This document shows positions 45,401 to 56,779 of a stretch of 64,000 bases of DNA, one piece after another. Position numbers and translations under genes: made by a program. The notes under the pieces are model-generated. The model had not been told where the DNA came from. It was given only the letters and a program-made list of their open reading frames with translations, and searched no databases. Each line of letters opens with the position of its first letter. Position 1 is the first letter of the stretch. Source of the stretch: Micavibrio sp. (GTDB lineage Bacteria; Pseudomonadota; Alphaproteobacteria; UBA2400). The DNA is taken from assembly GCA_040376705.1 (NCBI GenBank), contig JBEIQE010000001.1, positions 246,809-310,808 on the forward strand, read 5' to 3'.

Positions 45401-45951
45401 AATTACTGGCATTCATTCTGGCGCTTCTGGCGCTTCCTGCCTTGGCGCAACAGCCCACGGGTGAGGTTGTTTCTGCCCGCAGTATGCTGACGCGTGATGT
45501 CGCAGTGCTGCAGGTGCTGGATAAAATCTCAGCCCGCACTACCAAATTGCGTATTCCGGTTGGTAGTTCAGCTGCGTTTGGTCTTATTGTAATTAACGTG
45601 CGTAGCTGCCAGATCGCCCCGCCCAGCGACGTGCCAGAGTCGGCTGCGTTTCTTGAGATTTCAGAAATCGATATCAACAAGCTGCCGCGTTCAGGCGAAA
45701 TTCCGGCCGGTCTTGCCCCATCGCGCCTGCTTTATAGCGGCTGGATGTTTGCCTCGAGCCCCGCACTGGCAGCGCTTGAGCATCCCACTTACGACGTGAC
45801 CGTCATGAGCTGCGAGATGCGCACCCCCACAGTGGCCGAACGCGCTGCTGGTGGTGAAGAAGGTGCCGCGCCGCTTACCGCACCAGCAGTTGCAGCGCCT
45901 GCAGCCGAGGCTGCACCAGTTGCTGCTGATGAAGTGGTTCCGCTGGATTAA
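45397..45951 (+). CDS. DUF2155 domain protein
   Basis: LQVLDKISART, AFLEI and SGWMFASSPALAALEHPTYDV. Confidence 0.9.
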   Translation: MKLLAFILALLALPALAQQPTGEVVSARSMLTRDVAVLQVLDKISARTTKLRIPVGSSAAFGLIVINVRSCQIAPPSDVPESAAFLEISEIDINKLPRSGEIPAGLAPSRLLYSGWMFASSPALAALEHPTYDVTVMSCEMRTPTVAERAAGGEEGAAPLTAPAVAAPAAEAAPVAADEVVPLD

Positions 45952-46526
45952 AAACGGGCAGGCTTCGCAATCGCGGCCTTAAGCTGCTGGCGGTATTCGT
46001 CGCGGGAAATCTCGACCACACCAAACTGCGCAATATGCTCGTTATGGAACTGTACATCGCAAAGCTGGAAGGCTGAGGCGCGCAGGCGTTCGGCCAAGGC
46101 CACAAGGCAGGCCTTGCTGGCGTTGCTCACGTGACTATACATGCTCTCGGCAAAGAAGGCCGAGCCGATGCTGATGCCGTAGAGCCCGCCCACGAGATGA
46201 CCACCTTGCCAAGCTTCAACGCAGTGGCCGTGACCCTGCCGGAAAAGGTCGATGAACACTTCGCGGATAGCAGGGTTGATCCAGGTCTCTTTACGGTCGG
46301 CGCACCCCCGTATCACGCTCTCAAAGTTAGTATCAAACCTGATATCAAACGGCTTGGCGCGCAGGAATTTGGCCAGCGAGCGCGGTATATGAAAGCGCTC
46401 ATCCAGCGGTAAAATGGCGCGCAACGGCGGCTCAAACCAGTAGATTTCCTCGGCATCCTGATGCTCCGCCATCGGAAAAATACCGGCGGTATAGGCTTTA
46501 ACGATTAGATCGGGCGTTAGCTGCAT
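45948..46526 (-). CDS. aat: Leucyl/phenylalanyl-tRNA--protein transferase
   Basis: AYTAGIFPMA, TWIN, HCVEAW, LVGGLYG, FFAESM and ASKACL. Confidence 0.95.
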   Translation of the reverse strand: MQLTPDLIVKAYTAGIFPMAEHQDAEEIYWFEPPLRAILPLDERFHIPRSLAKFLRAKPFDIRFDTNFESVIRGCADRKETWINPAIREVFIDLFRQGHGHCVEAWQGGHLVGGLYGISIGSAFFAESMYSHVSNASKACLVALAERLRASAFQLCDVQFHNEHIAQFGVVEISRDEYRQQLKAAIAKPARF

Positions 46527-46618
46527 GGCACTTTTATAACGCTTTTTGCGTTGCTCTGGCAGGGGTCAGCTGCCAGACTGAGGGCAATAAAACAAAAAAT
46601 CAAACAGGCGGGCGTTTC

Positions 46619-47119
46619 ATGTCGGTAAGCGATAACTTTAATCTCAGGTCACGCGTGGCAGGTGTAGCTGTTGGTCTGCTTAGTCTTACGGCTGCGTTTC
46701 TTAACGTGAGCCAAGGTAATGGCATGCAAGGTCTTGGGCAATATCTGATGCATTCTTATGCTTTATTCTGTGCAGTTGGTGGCGGTGGCTTACTCGCCAT
46801 CTCCCTTAGTGGCCTGCGTGATACGCGTCAGTCGGCAGCAGTACCTGCTCAAACTTACAGTACCTTCGCACCGCCAAGCTATAAAGCAGCAGTGCAGGCC
46901 AGCCGCGAGGAGCAACTGCGCAGCCAGCGCCATGGCCGCCTGACGGATGGCGGTGCTGCACTCGTCTTTTCAGTTATGGCCAGCCAGATGCCTGCCGGGA
47001 GTGGTGGCGAGCTGCTGGCGCTGGCTTTAGCGGGTTATGGTGCAGGCAGCATGATGGGCGCTACATGGAACACAGCGCAGCTCAAGTGGCTTAAGCGTAA
47101 GCCTAGCGCTGAACTCTGA
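46619..47119 (+). CDS. Hypothetical membrane protein
   Basis: Several hydrophobic segments; inserted on the opposite strand in the acc-aat cluster. Confidence 0.55.
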   Translation: MSVSDNFNLRSRVAGVAVGLLSLTAAFLNVSQGNGMQGLGQYLMHSYALFCAVGGGGLLAISLSGLRDTRQSAAVPAQTYSTFAPPSYKAAVQASREEQLRSQRHGRLTDGGAALVFSVMASQMPAGSGGELLALALAGYGAGSMMGATWNTAQLKWLKRKPSAEL

Positions 47120-47608
47120 GCAGCAGGCTTGGCTGGCCGTTGGGGCTGTATTCTTTGACGCTTTCAAAGCCTGTTGCCCGTGCAGCACTGATGGCCAGTT
47201 GGTCGTCCAATGCATAGGTGATGTAGCAATAAGGCTCACGCGCAAATACAAGGAAAGCGATATCGCCGATATAGGCCGAGAGCATACGCGAGCCGATGCC
47301 TTGCCCCATCAGGCTTGGGTCGGCCAAAAACAGGTCAATCCCCACACCCTCGATAGCGCCAATATCCCTTGCAAAATCAGGATAGGCACGGGCGCTATAG
47401 CATTGCAAAAAGCCCATCGGATGCTCGTTCAGCGTTGCGAAATGGCAGTGGGTTGGTTCTTCGCCTTTAATACGCGGCAGGAATTTTTCGGATATCTGCT
47501 CGGGCGAAATCGGACCGTCAGAAATGCGCTCGCGGTTGTGCAGGCGGTTAAGCCATGTGTGCAGTAAGGGCAGGTCAGCTTCGGCTAAAGGGCGGAAGCG
47601 GAAGTCCA

Positions 47609-47609
<1 letters not shown>
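47103..47609 (-). CDS. GNAT acetyltransferase (AAC(6')/siderophore-acyltransferase-like)
   Basis: FRPLAEADLPLLHTWLN, GFLQCY, GIDLFLADPSLMGQGIG. Confidence 0.8.
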
Positions 47610-48952
<1,343 letters not shown>

Positions 48953-48953
48953 G

Positions 48954-49397
48954 TTAGCTGATAACAACGAGAACTTCGCCGAACTCAACCGGCTGGGCAT
49001 CACTTACCAGAATGCGGCTGATGGTGCCGCCCTTCGGCGCCTTGATCGGGTTCATTACCTTCATGGCTTCAACGATGAGGAGGGTATCGCCTTCCTTTAC
49101 GGTGTCGCCAACGCGGGCAAAGGGGGCCGAGCCGGGCGAGGCCGAGAGATAGGTGGTGCCAACCATGGGCGAGGTTACCTGTGTGCCAGCCGGCAGGTCA
49201 TTCCCCTTGGCTGCAGGTGCACCAGCAGGCGTTGCAGCAACAGGGGCGGCCTGAACCGCAGCAGGAGCAGCCGCAGCTACGGTGACAGTGCGCGCAACGC
49301 GAATGGCGTTTTCACCTTCTTCAACCACGATCTCGGTCAGGCCGGTGTCGTTCAGAATGGCGGCGAGCTTGCGGATTGCTTCTTCATCGATCTTCAT
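48954..49397 (-). CDS. accB: Biotin carboxyl carrier protein
   Basis: SPMVGT and the EAMKVMN biotinylation motif. Confidence 0.97.
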   Translation of the reverse strand: MKIDEEAIRKLAAILNDTGLTEIVVEEGENAIRVARTVTVAAAAPAAVQAAPVAATPAGAPAAKGNDLPAGTQVTSPMVGTTYLSASPGSAPFARVGDTVKEGDTLLIVEAMKVMNPIKAPKGGTISRILVSDAQPVEFGEVLVVIS

Positions 49398-49400
49398 TTT

Positions 49401-49853
49401 TTATTCTTTCCCTAGCAAACGGGCCATTGCATCCAGCCCTAACAGATAAGAGTTGATACCAAAACCACAGATAACGCCCTGCGCAGCGGTAGAAACATGC
49501 GAGTGATGGCGGAACGCCTCACGCTTGAAGATATTGGAGAGGTGCACTTCAACCACCGGCACATCCACACTCAGCAGCGCATCGAGGAGCGCAATAGAGG
49601 TGTGGCTATAGGCACCAGCATTGATGATCACGCCCTCGGCCTCGGTGCGGGCTTCCTGCACCCAGGTGACCAGTTCGCCTTCGTGATTGGTCTGACGGAA
49701 CACGATGTCGAAACCATAGCCCTTGGCATGGTCGCGGCAGGCCGCTTCCACATCTGCCAGTGTATCAACCCCATAGATCTCTGGCTGGCGTAACCCGAGC
49801 ATATTCAGGTTGGGGCCATTCAGGACAAAGAGGGTGGATGGGCTGTCAGACAT
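49401..49853 (-). CDS. aroQ: Type II 3-dehydroquinate dehydratase
   Basis: LNGPNLNMLGLRQPEIYG, QTNHEG and EVHLSNIFKREAFRH. Confidence 0.97.
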   Translation of the reverse strand: MSDSPSTLFVLNGPNLNMLGLRQPEIYGVDTLADVEAACRDHAKGYGFDIVFRQTNHEGELVTWVQEARTEAEGVIINAGAYSHTSIALLDALLSVDVPVVEVHLSNIFKREAFRHHSHVSTAAQGVICGFGINSYLLGLDAMARLLGKE

Positions 49854-49931
49854 AAGGGGGCAGTATTAGCCAATCTTGCGCCCCTGCACAATAGGGCAAT
49901 GAGGGCGCAAGAGTTTGATTCGGCTACGTAA

Positions 49932-50705
49932 TTACGGCTGGGCAGGTGCCGCAGGTACGGCAGCAGCCAAACGGGCCTGCGAAACAGCGTTTTTCAGGCC
50001 GTCAATCGCCAGGGCGCCGGGGAACATCTGGCCACCAATAACGAAGGCTGGTGTACCCCTGATGCCCATGCTTTCGGCAAGCTGGAAGTTGCTGGCCAGC
50101 TCATCCTTCACGGCCTGGCTTTCCATATCCGCCTTCAGGCGGGTGAGGTCGAGGCCAACGCTGGCAGCAACGGCGTAGACATCTTCATCCGTGCTCAGCT
50201 GGCGGGTACCGCTCATCAGCGCATTGTGGAAGGCAGGGTACTTGCCCTGAGCAGCCGAGGCCAGAGCGGCCTTGGAAGCTGTAACCGAGACAGGACCAAG
50301 GATGGGGAATTCGCGGAAGACAAGGCGTACCTTGCTGTCGGTGGCGAGGAACTCGTCAACCGTCTTGGCCATCGAGCGGCAGTAGCCACAGCGATAGTCG
50401 AAGAACTCAACCACCGTGACATCGCCAGCAGGATTGCCGCCAGCAGGGACAACATTGGTGGCCTGAAGTTTCTCAAGGTTACTGGTGATGGCAGTGGCCT
50501 GACGGTTGCGCTCATCGTTCTGCAGCTTGAGCTGCAGGGCGGCGAGGGCTTCTTCGAGTACGGCCGGGTTTGAAACCAGATACTCTTTCATGATGGACTG
50601 AATTTCAGTTTTCTGGGCTGGGCTAAAGGCCGTTTCGGCGCGAGCCGGTGCAGCAAATGAGATAACAACAGTCAGCATCAGGGCTGCAAGGGTACGCACA
50701 GACAT
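49932..50705 (-). CDS. DsbA family thiol-disulfide oxidoreductase
   Basis: Signal peptide, VEFFDYRCGYC, EFPILG and GTPAFVIG. Confidence 0.93.
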   Translation of the reverse strand: MSVRTLAALMLTVVISFAAPARAETAFSPAQKTEIQSIMKEYLVSNPAVLEEALAALQLKLQNDERNRQATAITSNLEKLQATNVVPAGGNPAGDVTVVEFFDYRCGYCRSMAKTVDEFLATDSKVRLVFREFPILGPVSVTASKAALASAAQGKYPAFHNALMSGTRQLSTDEDVYAVAASVGLDLTRLKADMESQAVKDELASNFQLAESMGIRGTPAFVIGGQMFPGALAIDGLKNAVSQARLAAAVPAAPAQP

Positions 50706-50795
50706 CAAGTTCCTCCAGTTAAATGGCGATATATCCTAACATGTTCGCCCCGCGTTGTAAGGGGCTGCTTTCATTCAATTCGTTATGGTTTTTAT

Positions 50796-52133
50796 CTAAT
50801 CATCATCCTTGGTTTCGGCATTAGCCAGTACATCGCCAGCTTTAATCCAGCCGGGTGAGCCGTTACGCAGCAGCTCCTGTGCGCGCTTGGCTTGCTGGGC
50901 TGCAAGCGGTTTGTCGCCGCGGGCCAAGGCTTCTTCACTCAGGGCATAAGCGGCCATGCCAAGGTCGTTCTCGCGGCCATAAGCGGTGGCGAGCAGGCGC
51001 CACAACAGTGGGGAGCCTCGTTCGCTGTGGATGGCGGCTTCAAGCTCGGTGACGGCGGCTTTCAGGTCGCTCTGGCTGCGGCCATCAAGCAGGGCTTGCG
51101 CCAGGCCAACGCGTAGAAGTGCATTTCCATCTGAAAGCGCAACTGCTTTACGATAGGGCGTAATCGCCTCTGTTGCCTTGCCACTTTCATAAAGGATCTG
51201 GCCTTTGAGCTCATATAGATAAGGGTTGCTCGGCTCCATCACGATCAGCTTTTCGGTCAGCTCCAGCGCACCGCGGGTATCGCCAGTCAGGTGAAAAGCG
51301 ATGGCGCGGGCATAACGCGTGGCAAAGTCGGTCGCGCGGGCATCGGTCCGCTGCAGCGTGCCACGCGGGTCGAGGAAGCCATCGAGCTTGCGCAAAATGC
51401 GGTTGAAGCTTTCGGCGTAGCTGGCGGGCAGGGGGCGGGCGTTGGCGGCATCACCGGCTATGGTGGCTGATACGGTTTCAACACGCTCACGGGTGAGCGG
51501 ATGGGTGCGTACAAATTCACTTTGCTGTTCGGTTGGTAACAACTCCTGATCCTGTAGACGCTGCAGGAAGTCGCGCATGCCAGCGGCCGAAATATGATTA
51601 GCACGCAGATATGAAAGGCCAGCCTGATCAGCGGCTGATTCTTGTGTGCGGCTGTATTGCAGGAATGTGCGTTCAGCCACTGAATTACCAAGGCTGATGG
51701 CCGCAGCACCTGCGCCGCCATTCTGGCTGGCAGCAGCGGCAGCAATACCCGCGATGGTGGCGAGAATGGCGGTGGCCGAGGCCTTACGCATTTCTTCGCG
51801 CATACGCACCAGATGGCCACCGGCGATATGGCCGGTTTCGTGTGCGATTACGCCAATCAGCTCTTCTGGTGTACGCGCGGCACGCAGCAAACCGGTGTAA
51901 ATGAACATATTGCTGCCACCGGCAACAAAGGCGTTGATCTGGTTATTCTGTACCAGCACGAAGTTGACCGATTCAGGCGAGAGACCTGCCGCTTCAAATA
52001 TCGGGCGAGCGAAGGTTTTAAGCATTTCCTCGGTTTCTGCATCGCGCACGATGTTCATGTTTGAACTGGCGTGTGCAGGCCCCACTATGAGAATGAGGGC
52101 TAGGGCGAAGGAGGCGAATTGGCGAAAGCGCAT
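50796..52133 (-). CDS. M48 metalloprotease with TPR (BepA-like)
   Basis: INAFVAGG, HETGH, YSRTQESAAD, THP and TPR-like helices. Confidence 0.92.
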   Translation of the reverse strand: MRFRQFASFALALILIVGPAHASSNMNIVRDAETEEMLKTFARPIFEAAGLSPESVNFVLVQNNQINAFVAGGSNMFIYTGLLRAARTPEELIGVIAHETGHIAGGHLVRMREEMRKASATAILATIAGIAAAAASQNGGAGAAAISLGNSVAERTFLQYSRTQESAADQAGLSYLRANHISAAGMRDFLQRLQDQELLPTEQQSEFVRTHPLTRERVETVSATIAGDAANARPLPASYAESFNRILRKLDGFLDPRGTLQRTDARATDFATRYARAIAFHLTGDTRGALELTEKLIVMEPSNPYLYELKGQILYESGKATEAITPYRKAVALSDGNALLRVGLAQALLDGRSQSDLKAAVTELEAAIHSERGSPLLWRLLATAYGRENDLGMAAYALSEEALARGDKPLAAQQAKRAQELLRNGSPGWIKAGDVLANAETKDDD

Positions 52134-52200
52134 GTCTCTGATACTCTAGTGCTGATAAGTTAAATTACCACCCCTCGCGGTGCTTCAGGATGTGACAAAT

Positions 52201-53352
52201 ATGGCGCTTAAAATCTCCCGCCGCGGACTCGCAGTTCCCGGTTTCCTGGCCCTTAAAATTCTCGCAGACGCTCGCGAAATGCAGGCAAAAGGTGCTGATG
52301 TTGTGGGAATGTCGGCTGGCCAGCCAAGCCGCGGTGCGCCTGAGCGGGTGCTGCGCTATGCGGCTGAAGCTTTGGTTAAAGAACCTATGGGTTACACCGA
52401 AGCCCTTGGTTTACCAGCCTTGCGTGAAGCAATTGCTAGTTACTACGAGCGCAAATATGGTGAGCGGGTGGACACGCGCCGTATCGTGGTAACCACTGGT
52501 TCATCCGGCGCCTTCATCATGAGCTTTTTAGGTGCATTTGATGCAGGCGATAAAATTGCCATGTCGGCACCCTGCTATCCGGCCTATCGCAACATCCTTT
52601 ATGCGCTTGATCTGGTTCCGGTTGAGTTACCGAGTACCTATGAAGAAAAATTCCAGCCCACGGTTGAGCGGCTCGAGGCCCTGCCCGAAAAGCCAGCTGG
52701 CCTCATCATCGCCAGCCCCAGCAACCCTGCAGGTACCATGCTCGATAAAGCCGAGCTCAAGCGCCTTGCTAATTACTGCAAGAAGCACGGCATCCGTATT
52801 ATCTCGGATGAAATTTATCATGGCGTGACCTTTGGCAAAGAGGGTACGTCGCTGCTGTCAGTGACCGACCAAGCTGTTGTGGTCAACAGCTTCTCCAAAT
52901 ACTTCTCGTGCACCGGCTGGCGTTTAGGCTGGATGGTAGTGCCGGAAGACATGATTGATGTCAGCATCGCGCTGGCCCAGAATCTGTTTATCTCGCCACC
53001 CACGCTCTCGCAGCACGTTGGTATTGCTTCATTGGCCGATACCAGCGAGGTCGATGAGTATGTGAAGGAATATAAGCGCAGCCGCGATTTACTCTTCACC
53101 GAATTGCCCAAATGCGGTTTTGGCCAGCTCAGTCAGGTTGAAGGCGGTTTTTATATCTATGCTGATGTAGTCAACTTGACCAACGACAGCATTAGCTTCT
53201 GCCAGCAGATGTTGAATGAAATTCATGTGGCCATCACGCCGGGGGTCGACTTCGACCCCGCACGCGGTAGCCGCACAGTACGCCTGTCCTTCGCAGGTTC
53301 ATATGAAACAGTTGAGAAAGCGGTTGAGCGTATGCGCGGTTGGCGGCGCTAG
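52201..53352 (+). CDS. PLP-dependent class I/II aminotransferase
   Basis: YTEALGLPALREAI, SPSNPAG, SDEIYHG and NSFSKYFSCTGWRLGW. Confidence 0.94.
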   Translation: MALKISRRGLAVPGFLALKILADAREMQAKGADVVGMSAGQPSRGAPERVLRYAAEALVKEPMGYTEALGLPALREAIASYYERKYGERVDTRRIVVTTGSSGAFIMSFLGAFDAGDKIAMSAPCYPAYRNILYALDLVPVELPSTYEEKFQPTVERLEALPEKPAGLIIASPSNPAGTMLDKAELKRLANYCKKHGIRIISDEIYHGVTFGKEGTSLLSVTDQAVVVNSFSKYFSCTGWRLGWMVVPEDMIDVSIALAQNLFISPPTLSQHVGIASLADTSEVDEYVKEYKRSRDLLFTELPKCGFGQLSQVEGGFYIYADVVNLTNDSISFCQQMLNEIHVAITPGVDFDPARGSRTVRLSFAGSYETVEKAVERMRGWRR

Positions 53353-53370
53353 TTAAAAAAGACAGGCAAT

Positions 53371-53403
53371 AAAAAACGGGAGCCGAAGCTCCCGCCTTTA
53401 TTT
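53371..53403 (-). terminator. Intrinsic terminator of rne (likely bidirectional)
   Basis: CGGGAGC-CGAA-GCTCCCG flanked by A6 on one side and TTTATTT on the other. Confidence 0.8.
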
Positions 53404-53411
53404 GTTATGGA

Positions 53412-56400
53412 TTAGCCCATCAGCCTTTTCCACCAGCCGCTCTTGGGCTTATCACCATTGGGCGGGCTGCTGTTGCCGCTATCATTGCTGCTGCTCATCA
53501 CTGCTGGAGCAGGTGTTGAAACCGGCGCTGCAAGCGGTGATGGTGCATCGTTACGACCACGGAATTCACTGATGATCTTGATGCCGCCGCCGCTGCCACC
53601 ACTTGGCGGTGTGCTCTGCAGACGGTTTTCACGAGGTTCTCTGGGGCCGCGATCTTCACGGGGGCCACGATCCTGACGCGGGCCACGGTCTTCGCGCGGC
53701 GGGCGATCACCATTCTGTTCCTGACCTTCACGGCGCGGACCACGGCCGCCATTATTGTTTCTGCCGCCTCGGCCACCACGGCTACGGCCTTCACCACCTT
53801 CACGCGGGGGACGCGGTGCGCGGGCTTCGCCATTCTGCATCTGCCCACCTTCAGCGGTGGCCATTTCGCGTGGCTGACCATCAACACCGTCTGCCACGTT
53901 ACCATCAACCATGGGCTGGCCTTCGGCAGTTAAAGCATTCGGGTCACGATTAGCATCTCTCGGGCCACGATCATCACGGAAGCGACCACGGCCACCACGG
54001 CGACCACGGCGACGCGGACGACCATCCGGACCTTCGGCGCGCGGCGCCCTTTGACCTTGCTGCTGGCCATTCTGGCCCTCGCCAGCATGACCAGTCATCT
54101 GCACATAAGCGTTCTGCTCATCAGGTGAGGGCAGGTTAGCGGGCTGAATCTCGTTACCATCAGCATCGAGCATGGGCATCATGACATCGGGCTGCGGTGC
54201 ACCGGGTTCGGAAACATCGCGCGGGCCACGGCCACCACGACCACGGCCACCATCGCGGCCTTCGCCGCCACGGCTGCGGTCACGGCCACCACGGCTGCGG
54301 CCATTACGGCCACGACCGCCACGATCACCGCGGCTGCGGCCTTCGCCATCTTCGCTGGTCTGGCTCTCGCCTTCGCCATCAATACCATCGTCGCTTGATG
54401 AACCTTCATCAATGAATTTGTCTTCATCGCTTTCATCGATCAGCAGATCTTCCGGATCGATGACAGGAGGCGGTGCCTCAGGGAACTGGAACTCGCCAGC
54501 AACACGGGCCTTCAGGCGCTCGATCTTGTGATCGGCATTCTTTTCGATCTCGGTATCCGAGTGAACGAAGACCTTGATGCCATAACGGCGTTCGATATCG
54601 CCCAGCGCAGCGCGCTTGTGGTTGAGCAGGTAAAGCGCAACCGGCTCGGCCACTGTCACGGCCAGTTCACTGGCCTTCTGCAGCAAGCCTTCTTCTTCAA
54701 CAGCGCGTAGTACGTGCAGAGCAGCACTCTCGACACTGCGCACATGGCCAAGGCCACCGCAGGCCGAGCAGACACTGAAATTGCTTTCGATAAGCGATGG
54801 GCGCAGGCGCTGACGCGAGAGCTCGAGCAGACCGAACATCGAGATGCGGCCAATCTGGATACGCGCGCGATCATTCTTCATCGCCTCGCGCATACGGCGC
54901 TCAACCTGTGCGTTATGGCGGTTGTCTTCCATATCGATGAAATCGATAACGATAAGACCGGCCAGATCGCGCAGGCGCAGCTGGCGGGCTACTTCGTCGG
55001 CAGCTTCAAGGTTGGTACGGACAGCTGTTTCTTCGATGTTACGCTCACGGGTCGAACGGCCCGAGTTCACGTCGATGGCAACCAGAGCTTCAGTCTGGTT
55101 GATAACGATATAACCGCCCGAGCGCAGACTAACCGTGGTGCTGTAGAGCGATTCAATCTGGCTCTCAACGCGGTAGCGCACGAACAATGGTACGGCCGGG
55201 TCGCGGTAATGCTGCACGCGGCGCGCGGCCGAGGGCACCATCATGCGCATGAAGTCCTTGGCGGTGCGGTAGCCCGCATCACCTTCAACCTGAACTTCGG
55301 TTACTTCGCGGCTGTAAAGATCGCGGATGGCACGGCGGATCAGGTTGGCTTCTTCATGGACCAGAGATGGCGCAACGCTGGAGAAGGTCTTATCGCGGAT
55401 GCTGTCCCACAAACGGGTGAGATATTCGAGATCGCGCTTGATATCTGCCTTGCTGCGCTCGAGGCCTGCTGTGCGCAGGATGATGCTCATACCCTGCGGC
55501 AGGTCGAGCTCGGCCAGCAGCTGCTTCATGCGGCGGCGTTCTTCGAGGCTGCTGATCTTGCGCGATACGCCACCACCACGGTTGGTGTTGGGCATGAGGA
55601 CGCAATAACGGCCGGCGAGTGACAGGTAGGTGGTGAGGGCCGCGCCTTTATTGCCGCGCTCTTCCTTAACCACCTGGATCAGCATGATCTGGTTTTTCTT
55701 AATTACTTCCTGAATCTTGTACTGGCGCAGGATATTGGCACGACGGCGGGCGCGCTTGCGGCGGTCCATGTCGTCTTCGCCTTCTTCGCCGGTTGGCGGC
55801 GTAGCGCCTTCTTCACCAGCAACGGCAGCAACTTCACCTTCAGCCAAGGCTTCAACACCCTCAGCAATTTCGGGGGCTTCACCATCGGCCAGAGCCTCTG
55901 GGGTAACTTCGGTGCTGACTTCGGCCGAGATAACCGAGCTTTGGGCAATTTCGCTAACCGGCGTTACGGGCAGGGGCTCAGCAGAGCTGCTGCCCGCTTC
56001 AACGGCCTGTACCGGAGCCGAGAGGGCTTCGAGAACCGGGGTTGAGCCTTCGTCCGGCCGAGCATCCAGCGCAGGCAGGTCACGGTCATCAAGATCCTCG
56101 TCGTTGTCGCGGTTGGCTTCGGCCAGGGCTTCGGCAGCCAGTTCGGCCTCTTCCTCGGCGGCTTCGCGTTCAGCTTCTTCACGCTCCAGCTCCAGCAGCT
56201 TTTCGCGGTCGGCAACCGGGATCTTGTAATAATCAGGGTGGATTTCGGCGAAGGCGAGGAAGCCGTGGCGGTTGCCGCCATACTCCACAAACGCTGCCTG
56301 AAGGGAAGGTTCGACGCGCGTTACCTTGGCAAGGTAGATATTACCTTTAAGCTGCTTGCGCGAGGCAATTTCAAAATCGAGTTCGTCGAGACGGTTGCCA

Positions 56401-56462
56401 CTAATAACTGTTACGCGGGTTTCTTCACCTTGCGTAGCATCAATCAACATCTTTTTGGCCAC
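53412..56462 (-). CDS. rne: Ribonuclease E
   Basis: KGNIYLAKVTRVEPSLQAAFV, KEERGNKGAALT, IDVNSG, IDFIDM, CxxC, an Arg/Gly-rich disordered C-terminus and terminal GWW. Confidence 0.96.
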   Translation of the reverse strand: MAKKMLIDATQGEETRVTVISGNRLDELDFEIASRKQLKGNIYLAKVTRVEPSLQAAFVEYGGNRHGFLAFAEIHPDYYKIPVADREKLLELEREEAEREAAEEEAELAAEALAEANRDNDEDLDDRDLPALDARPDEGSTPVLEALSAPVQAVEAGSSSAEPLPVTPVSEIAQSSVISAEVSTEVTPEALADGEAPEIAEGVEALAEGEVAAVAGEEGATPPTGEEGEDDMDRRKRARRRANILRQYKIQEVIKKNQIMLIQVVKEERGNKGAALTTYLSLAGRYCVLMPNTNRGGGVSRKISSLEERRRMKQLLAELDLPQGMSIILRTAGLERSKADIKRDLEYLTRLWDSIRDKTFSSVAPSLVHEEANLIRRAIRDLYSREVTEVQVEGDAGYRTAKDFMRMMVPSAARRVQHYRDPAVPLFVRYRVESQIESLYSTTVSLRSGGYIVINQTEALVAIDVNSGRSTRERNIEETAVRTNLEAADEVARQLRLRDLAGLIVIDFIDMEDNRHNAQVERRMREAMKNDRARIQIGRISMFGLLELSRQRLRPSLIESNFSVCSACGGLGHVRSVESAALHVLRAVEEEGLLQKASELAVTVAEPVALYLLNHKRAALGDIERRYGIKVFVHSDTEIEKNADHKIERLKARVAGEFQFPEAPPPVIDPEDLLIDESDEDKFIDEGSSSDDGIDGEGESQTSEDGEGRSRGDRGGRGRNGRSRGGRDRSRGGEGRDGGRGRGGRGPRDVSEPGAPQPDVMMPMLDADGNEIQPANLPSPDEQNAYVQMTGHAGEGQNGQQQGQRAPRAEGPDGRPRRRGRRGGRGRFRDDRGPRDANRDPNALTAEGQPMVDGNVADGVDGQPREMATAEGGQMQNGEARAPRPPREGGEGRSRGGRGGRNNNGGRGPRREGQEQNGDRPPREDRGPRQDRGPREDRGPREPRENRLQSTPPSGGSGGGIKIISEFRGRNDAPSPLAAPVSTPAPAVMSSSNDSGNSSPPNGDKPKSGWWKRLMG

Positions 56463-56779
56463 AATAAGCCTGTCCTTTTCACCGCGCCAGCGTCATGCCA
56501 TCCGTGCGACCGGCGGAGGGCGCGTCTGTCGCGCCGCTAATGAAGGAGTGGAACCAGGCAGTGAACTCGTCAATCTAACAGCGCCACGGGGGTAGGCAGC
56601 CAGAACGAATTTTTTCCGTAATCCCCGGTTGAGCTTCCTTGGCATCAACCGACCTTCGAGTTTCGTGTCACACCCCTATGGGTGGGTCGCGGAACAGAAC
56701 ATAGACTTATATATGTAGCGGCACAATACCTACTTTTAGCCATCTATGCCGATTCCCCGTCTCATGTTATGCTCGCAAC

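Noticed and set aside
53640-54345. Short tandem-like repeats (CCACGG/GGCC units)
   Set aside because: They encode the Arg/Gly-rich disordered region of RNase E; no constant repeat-spacer periodicity, so not a CRISPR array.
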